Of a stretch of DNA of 64,000 nt, positions 57,989-64,000 are shown in pieces; position 1 is the stretch's first letter, and each line of letters opens with the position of its first letter. This stretch comes from Candidatus Bathyarchaeota archaeon. Its GTDB lineage: Archaea; Thermoproteota; Bathyarchaeia; Bathyarchaeales; Bathycorpusculaceae. The DNA lies in the NCBI GenBank assembly GCA_963832745.1, contig CAWHVC010000001.1:96001-160000 (forward strand), in the 5' to 3' direction. The position numbers were made by a program, and so were the translations under genes. Under the pieces are notes generated by a model. That model saw only the letters and a program-made list of their open reading frames with translations, did no database searches and was not told the origin of the DNA.

Positions 57989-58680
57989 GATACCGCATCT
58001 TAGTCGTAGACACTGACGAATCAAACTACGGTCTCAGCGCACAACTAGGATTAAACGATCCCAAAGAACTCATGGACCAAATCGGCGGAAAAAAGGTAGT
58101 GATGAACAAAATGATGGCTGCCCGTTCATGTGGAGAAAAAGCGCAAATCTTCAACGAAGACTGGAGCATCGACGCTATACCTTCTGATTGTGTTTCAAAA
58201 AAAGGCAACTTGAACCTGCTTAAGATTGGTAAAGTGAAGCATTTTGGCGAAGGTTGCGCTTGCCCTATGGGTGGGCTTTCAAGAGAATTTCTGATGCATC
58301 TGTTGTTGGCTCCAAAAGACATTGCAATTATTGATACAGAAGCTGGCGTGGAGCATCTGGGCAGAAGCATAGCTGGCCATGTTGACATTATTTTAGCCGT
58401 GATAGACCCATCTTATGAATCAGTGAAGTTGTCCAAAAAAATTGTTGAAATGGCCAAAGAAGGCGCTAAAACAGTTTATTTTGTAATCAACAAGACTGAC
58501 GATAAAATCGCTGAAAGCATAGCGGCCCAAATCGGCAAAGAACAAGTGATCAGTATTGTACCTTTCAACTCACGCATACAAAAGAAAGGCCTAACAGGCA
58601 ACGTTCTCGATTTCGAGTTAGACTCAATATCTACTATTTCACAATTTGTAATTCAAAACTTCCAAAACAAAGCCAAATAA
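57988..58680 (+). pseudogene. CooC-like nickel-insertion ATPase lacking the Walker A N-terminus
   Basis: GYRILVVDTDESNYGL begins at about 57988; GEGCACPMG, DTEAGVEHLGR, NK. Confidence 0.8.
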
Positions 58681-58694
58681 TAAAGGTGTAACAA

Positions 58695-59945
58695 ATGAAT
58701 AAAACTGCAATTTATGCAATAGTGTGTATCGTAATAATTGCTGCTGGTGCTGCAGTAGGTTATTCTTACCTATCAGCGCCATCCAATTCACCATCACCTT
58801 CAACGTCACCATCTGCTTCTTCAACAACCACACCTAGCGCCTCTACCTCTCCGACACAGACTCCCACAGCTACTGCTACGCCAGACGCTTCTACATCTCC
58901 AACCGCAACCCCCACTCCAACAACAACACCAATGCCACCAACACAACAAATAACAGACATGGTAGGTCGAACAGTTACGGTTTCTAACAATATTACACGT
59001 GTTATCGGTGTAAACTACGGTTGCATGAGATTATTGACCTATATGGATGCTAGTTCTCTTATTTGCGGTGTTGAACAAACAGAATTAACTGCCGGTGCGC
59101 GTCCTTACGCTCTTGCACATCCTGAATACGCAGAACTACCAGTTATAGGTCCACAATTCGGTGGAGACCCAGAATTAATAGCTGCACAAGAACCCGATGT
59201 AGTGTTTGTTACTGATTTTTCAAAAACAGACCTCGACTCATTACAAAGCCAACTTGGCATTCCTGTTATAGGTATCACATACAGCAATAATTTGGATACA
59301 CAAGAAAATCGCCAAATTCTATACGATAGTTTAAATCTTATTGGTAAAGTGCTGCATAAGGAAGACCGTGCTACCGATGTTAAGAACTACATAGATGGAG
59401 TTGTCGCTGACCTTAATGCCCGAACAAGTAGTATACCTGACGCTGATAAACCGACCGTTTACATTGCTGGTCTTTCTTCTCGTGGTGCTCATGGATTCAC
59501 CTCAACAAGCGCTGCATATTCCCCCTTCACTCTGACAAATTCAAAAAATGTGGTAACTCTCGAAATGACAAGTGGCTCTGATTCAGTGGTAAGCCTTGAC
59601 CTTGAAGCACTGCCTAGTCTTAACCCACAAGTAATCTTTGTAGACTACTCTGGCTTGACACTAATTAGACAAGACGTTCAAGACCACGCAGATGTGTTCA
59701 ATCAGCTTGATGCCATCAGCAATGGAAAAACTTACGGTGTATTAAGTTACAACTATTATGCAAACAATTTCGGCGTAGCTTTATCTGACGCATACTATGT
59801 TGGTTCAGTCCTTTATCCGTCACAATTTAGCGACATCGACCCCGTTCAAAAAGCCAACGAAATCTACACTTTCCTATGTGGTGCACCAGTCTATGACGAA
59901 ATGGTTGCACTGTATGGTCCTTTCGGACAAGTATCTCTAACGTAA
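58695..59945 (+). CDS. Iron-chelate/cobalamin-type ABC substrate-binding protein with Pro/Thr/Ser linker
   Basis: TM anchor, PT-rich linker, ITDMVGRTV, RPY..AHPE, EPDVVF, LYPSQF.DID. Confidence 0.88.
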   Translation: MNKTAIYAIVCIVIIAAGAAVGYSYLSAPSNSPSPSTSPSASSTTTPSASTSPTQTPTATATPDASTSPTATPTPTTTPMPPTQQITDMVGRTVTVSNNITRVIGVNYGCMRLLTYMDASSLICGVEQTELTAGARPYALAHPEYAELPVIGPQFGGDPELIAAQEPDVVFVTDFSKTDLDSLQSQLGIPVIGITYSNNLDTQENRQILYDSLNLIGKVLHKEDRATDVKNYIDGVVADLNARTSSIPDADKPTVYIAGLSSRGAHGFTSTSAAYSPFTLTNSKNVVTLEMTSGSDSVVSLDLEALPSLNPQVIFVDYSGLTLIRQDVQDHADVFNQLDAISNGKTYGVLSYNYYANNFGVALSDAYYVGSVLYPSQFSDIDPVQKANEIYTFLCGAPVYDEMVALYGPFGQVSLT

Positions 59946-60067
59946 ACAGGTTAAGAAATTGACCATACAACTTTTCCTTTTTTCTTTCTATTTAAAGCGA
60001 TAAAAAGTGCTTGGTTCTGAAAACACCGAGCAGAGTGTCTATCAAGAAACTTGGAGGCTAAAAATAA

Positions 60068-61138
60068 ATGAAAAACGCAAAAAACTTACTATTTTCCTTT
60101 ACTCCTAACTCTAAAGAGTACTCTTCTTTACTTAACTGTTCAATTGAAGGTTTGAAACGGTTTAACCTAATCATAACTGCTTATGATGCTGGACTGTTTG
60201 AGTTAACAACTACCCCTAAAACATCTCAAGCATTAGCAAAAGACCTTGGCAGCAGCCATGAAGTAATGGTTCAATTATTCTGTGACGCCTTAGTTGAAAT
60301 AGGTTTAATGACGAAATCAAATGGGGCATATGTTAATTCTCCGTTAACTGCAACCTACCTCTGCAAGGATTCTCCTCATTATATGCGGCATTCGTTGCAC
60401 AACATGAAATTAAACGCTGGCCGCTGGGCATTGTTGTCATCCATTCTTAAAAATGGTCCAATAATGCAAGAAAGAGATGATTTCTTTGGTTCAAACTGGC
60501 TTTACAGCATCGCCGAAGGAGCTGAAGCTGGCTCAGTAGCCAATACCTTAAATGTTGTAACTGCACATGTTGACCCAAAACGTTGGCTCAGGCTACTTGA
60601 TCTTGGGGGTGGTCATGGTCTTTATGCCATAGGATTTACTGCACTTAATCCTAAATTGGAAGCGTATGTTTTTGATCTTCCAAAAGCAGTTCCAATAGCC
60701 AAAGAATACATCAATGCTTACAATGCAAATAACGTGCATGTTATAACTGGAGACTTTAACAAAGACAATATAGGCCAAGGGTACGACGCGGTGTTTTCTT
60801 CTTTTAACCAAAGTTGTTTTGACCCTACTTTCATACCGAAAATAGTGCAATCTTTAGCACCTAACGGCGACGTTATTCTTAGACGATTTAAAGATTCAAC
60901 AAGAACTGGCGCTTTGGCCACTTTAGATTGGAACCTGCATGGTTTTGAAGGCAAAAAAATCGGCAGCAAACCTCATTCATCCGACAGCACAGTAGATCGA
61001 GAAACTTACCTTAAACACTTAGCGGCTTCAGGCCTCAAAGTGTTAGGCACTTTTACAGTCGACGAAATATCTGAAATAACATTTGCTCAAAAACCTAAAA
61101 TCGAGGAAGATTCAACAAAATGCAACGCAACAAGCTAA
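60068..61138 (+). CDS. SAM-dependent O-methyltransferase-like protein (dimerisation + Methyltransf_2)
   Basis: GLFE, LLDLGGGHGLY, VFDLP, GDF. Confidence 0.85.
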   Translation: MKNAKNLLFSFTPNSKEYSSLLNCSIEGLKRFNLIITAYDAGLFELTTTPKTSQALAKDLGSSHEVMVQLFCDALVEIGLMTKSNGAYVNSPLTATYLCKDSPHYMRHSLHNMKLNAGRWALLSSILKNGPIMQERDDFFGSNWLYSIAEGAEAGSVANTLNVVTAHVDPKRWLRLLDLGGGHGLYAIGFTALNPKLEAYVFDLPKAVPIAKEYINAYNANNVHVITGDFNKDNIGQGYDAVFSSFNQSCFDPTFIPKIVQSLAPNGDVILRRFKDSTRTGALATLDWNLHGFEGKKIGSKPHSSDSTVDRETYLKHLAASGLKVLGTFTVDEISEITFAQKPKIEEDSTKCNATS

Positions 61139-62205
61139 AAAACAAAGACAAGCAAGAACAAAACCAACAAGAAGAGACTTCAGGCTACACTAAGTACGTT
61201 GGTAGAAAAGTATTATTCATAACCCTTTGCTTAGTGGCTTTAGTTATAGTTACTATGGTGGCTTTATGCATTGGCTCGGCAGGTCTTTCACTCTCTGAAG
61301 TTATGGATCAAATCATAAACCAAAGTGGTATAGCTTGGAGTATCCGCTTGCCAAGAGTCTTAGTGGCTGTTGTTGCAGGTGCAATGCTTGCCGTTGCAGG
61401 CTCAGTAATGCAGTGCCTTCTAAAGAACCCCTTATGTGAACCTTACACTTTGGGCTTAAGTCAGGCAGCAGCTTTCGGTGCGTCCTTTGCAATATTGTTT
61501 CTGGGTGCTGGCGCTTTACACAGCAGTTCTAAAGATGCTGTTATAATAAGCAATCAGTACTCTGTAACAATCTGTGCATTCTGTTTTTGTATGGTATCAA
61601 CACTTGTAGTTTTAGCTCTTACACGACTAACTAAAGTTTCACCTGAAGCAATAGTTTTATCAGGAATTGTTTTAGGCTCCATATTTGGTGCTGGCCTTAC
61701 TGCAATACAATACTTTGCAAGCGATGTTCAAATTGCATCTATTGTTCATTGGACATTTGGTGACCTAAGCAGAATAACTTGGGATAACCTGCTTTTGGTT
61801 GGGGCACTTTCTGTACCAATACTACTCTATTTTATGTATAACCGCTGGAACTATAATGCAATTGACGCTGGAATTGACACTGCAAACAGTTTAGGCGTAA
61901 ACGTTGACAGACACGTCTTAGTTGGCATGGTTCTATCTAGTGTTGTCGCTGCAGTAATCGTTTCTTTAATGGGCATAATCGGTTTCGTAGGTTTACTTGC
62001 TCCACACATGGTTCGGCGAGTAATAGGTTCAGACAATCGTTTCGTTATACCGGCTGCGGCTGTAGTTGGTGCCTTAATACTTCTGGTATCTGACACTTTA
62101 GCAAGAAACATAATTTCCCCCCTAGTGCTTCCGGTAGGTGTTATAACCGCTTTTCTCGGTGGCCCCTTGTTCCTGTACATACTAATTAGGAGGTACAGAA
62201 AGTAA
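61120..62205 (+). CDS. FecCD/BtuC-family ABC permease
   Basis: IRLPRV, NPLCEPYTLG, GIIGFVGLLAPH, LPVGVITAFLGGP. Confidence 0.92.
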   Translation: MQRNKLKNKDKQEQNQQEETSGYTKYVGRKVLFITLCLVALVIVTMVALCIGSAGLSLSEVMDQIINQSGIAWSIRLPRVLVAVVAGAMLAVAGSVMQCLLKNPLCEPYTLGLSQAAAFGASFAILFLGAGALHSSSKDAVIISNQYSVTICAFCFCMVSTLVVLALTRLTKVSPEAIVLSGIVLGSIFGAGLTAIQYFASDVQIASIVHWTFGDLSRITWDNLLLVGALSVPILLYFMYNRWNYNAIDAGIDTANSLGVNVDRHVLVGMVLSSVVAAVIVSLMGIIGFVGLLAPHMVRRVIGSDNRFVIPAAAVVGALILLVSDTLARNIISPLVLPVGVITAFLGGPLFLYILIRRYRK

Positions 62206-62957
62206 TGCTAAACATTCAAGACGTCGAATTCTCCTACAAAAACGGTACTTGTGTCCTCAAGGGCGTCAACATGCTTGTTGGTGTACACGAAATCTTAGCC
62301 ATTTTAGGACCTAACGGAGTAGGCAAATCCACTCTGCTAAAATGCATTAACGGACTACTGAAAACCAAAAAAGGCGACATAATAGTAGACAAAGAAAACC
62401 TAAAACAACTCAAACGTGTCGAAATCGCAAAAAGGCTAGGTTACGTGCCTCAACGAGCAGACGTTTCACAAATAACCGTTTTTGATTCTGTTTTGCTTGG
62501 ACGCAAACCGCACATAACATGGGACGTATCAAATAAGGACATTGAAATCACAAAACACGCAATAACACGGTTAGGCATGGATAAGCTTTCTTTGAAAAAC
62601 ATCGATGAAATTAGCGGTGGTGAACTGCAAAAAGTTCAAATTGCTAGAGCTTTGGTTCAGGAACCTAAAGTGATGTTGTTAGATGAACCGACAAGTAGTT
62701 TAGACCTCTGTAATCAGCATCGAATAATGGCAACCTTGGTGGATATTGTAAAGAAAACCAATTTGACAGCAATAATGACAATGCATGACCTAAATCTTGC
62801 AGTACGTTACGCAGACAAATTCATTATGCTTAAAGATGGAAAGGTTTTCGCTGCAGGAGACCAAACCGTGATTACACCCAGTAACATTGAAGCCGTTTAT
62901 GGTCTTCCTGTTGAAGTAGAACATTATCGAGAAAGACTTGTGGTGATACCCCTCTAA
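62205..62957 (+). CDS. FecE/BtuD-family ABC ATPase
   Basis: GPNGVGKS, ISGGELQK, DEPTSSLD, MHDLNLA. Confidence 0.92.
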   Translation: MLNIQDVEFSYKNGTCVLKGVNMLVGVHEILAILGPNGVGKSTLLKCINGLLKTKKGDIIVDKENLKQLKRVEIAKRLGYVPQRADVSQITVFDSVLLGRKPHITWDVSNKDIEITKHAITRLGMDKLSLKNIDEISGGELQKVQIARALVQEPKVMLLDEPTSSLDLCNQHRIMATLVDIVKKTNLTAIMTMHDLNLAVRYADKFIMLKDGKVFAAGDQTVITPSNIEAVYGLPVEVEHYRERLVVIPL

Positions 62958-63042
62958 GTCTAAATTGCACAAGACCAACGTAATGTTAACTTGCCAAACT
63001 TTTTCTTTTTTTGTTATGGAAAAAGAGTAAAAATTGAAAAAC

Positions 63043-63855
63043 CTATTTTTCCCAATATATGGTTGTAATAGTTGTGTTTATTTGGTCTACTACCCGACCT
63101 TCTTTTGTTATTGATGCAAGATACTGTTTTATTCTCTCGATTTCGTCTGATGCCAGTTTCTTAGCCATCATTGTTCTGCCTACATAATAAGAGCAGGCGT
63201 CTTCATACGACTGATTCATACTCCACAATTGATGTTCATAAACAAGCTTTGGCAAATAGTCCATGTGAAACAGTATATCAATAGCGTAAATGCGATTATC
63301 TCCACAGTTTCCCTTATCATCATTTAATCCCGCAATTTTGTGAACTTGCTGCAAAACTGGTTCAATCATTTTATTTGGATTCGATAGAACGCAGAAACGT
63401 TTACTGGCATCATTCATTTTTTCAAAAGTGGCTGCATCACAAATTGCGGGGGTAGTATGAGCGAAAACCAGGTCAAAACGTTTCTTAAAGCCTTCCTTTG
63501 CAAGGTCAACCGTACTCCAATCCATGCAGGAAAGTGTAACGTTAGTTATTTTTTCATTTTGAAGTTTTGCTTTACCATGATTAATCATGTTTGGCGAAAA
63601 ATCAAGGCCTGTAGCAGAATTGACCCGTTTAGAAAGAGCCATCGCGTAAACGCCCACTCCACAACCGACATCCAGTACATCATAAGCTGGATCTAACATG
63701 TGCTCTTGTTCTAACAATTGCAGAAACTTATTGTCTCGAAAAGAAGGAATTATGTTGTAAATTGGATCTTCTGCTTGGGAATTCCACATATTCATTTCTG
63801 AATTAATATTTTTATTGGGCACAACCCAGTTCTTCCTAATGTCTTCAACATTCAT
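63043..63855 (-). CDS. Class I SAM-dependent methyltransferase
   Basis: VLDVGCGVG, GLDFSPNM, FDLVFA. Confidence 0.88.
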   Translation of the reverse strand: MNVEDIRKNWVVPNKNINSEMNMWNSQAEDPIYNIIPSFRDNKFLQLLEQEHMLDPAYDVLDVGCGVGVYAMALSKRVNSATGLDFSPNMINHGKAKLQNEKITNVTLSCMDWSTVDLAKEGFKKRFDLVFAHTTPAICDAATFEKMNDASKRFCVLSNPNKMIEPVLQQVHKIAGLNDDKGNCGDNRIYAIDILFHMDYLPKLVYEHQLWSMNQSYEDACSYYVGRTMMAKKLASDEIERIKQYLASITKEGRVVDQINTTITTIYWEK

Positions 63856-64000
63856 CAGTATTACTTCCTTTAATAGCAGTAATACTTGTTTTGTATTTCA
63901 GACTTTCTCTTTGAGACGAGAACGCAACGCAACAACCATTCGTTTTATGCTATTCTCCTATATTCCAGTTGTTTGTTGCATATTTTATGTTGAACCTGTT

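Noticed and set aside
58780-58945. Low-complexity repeat-like DNA
   Set aside because: Encodes the ordinary Pro/Thr/Ser linker of the binding protein
195-63696. Numerous antisense and overlapping ORFs in the track (e.g. 195-533, 1392-1742, 22199-22501 extension, 51205-51669)
   Set aside because: Shadows of well-supported genes, favoured by the strand composition bias; no motifs

Overview
Archaeal chromosomal segment, most consistent with Bathyarchaeia (TACK group). That call is an inference from DUF1512-map synteny, archaeal pyrH, the PQQ-like beta-propeller surface protein, the integrase C-terminal tails and the Fpo-like hydrogenase. 1-40 kb holds housekeeping and transport genes, a stand-alone NurA-HerA pair, an orphan contractile-tail sheath gene, and an 11-subunit complex-I-ordered (A-B-CD-H-I-J-K-L-M-N) operon whose CD subunit keeps both [NiFe]-binding CxxC motifs. 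About 41-50.5 kb is an AT-rich island next to tRNA-Val(CAC). It carries two back-to-back tyrosine recombinases, a PD-(D/E)XK nuclease, a GC-rich highly structured non-coding segment and GNA-loop hairpins. From tRNA-Phe(GAA) at 53.7 kb to the end is a second, decayed island: integrase relic, MarR-ABC exporter, broken LarC/HxlR/CooC, and a metal-chelate ABC transporter with methyltransferases. An unannotated intergenic repeat family with an ORB-like GAAA-N-GGGGGTAGG core occurs at five places. Many single-base frameshifts in homopolymers, including in essential pyrH, point to uncorrected long-read indel errors, so most 'pseudogenes' need read-level confirmation. All calls come from reading motifs by eye; no database searches were run.
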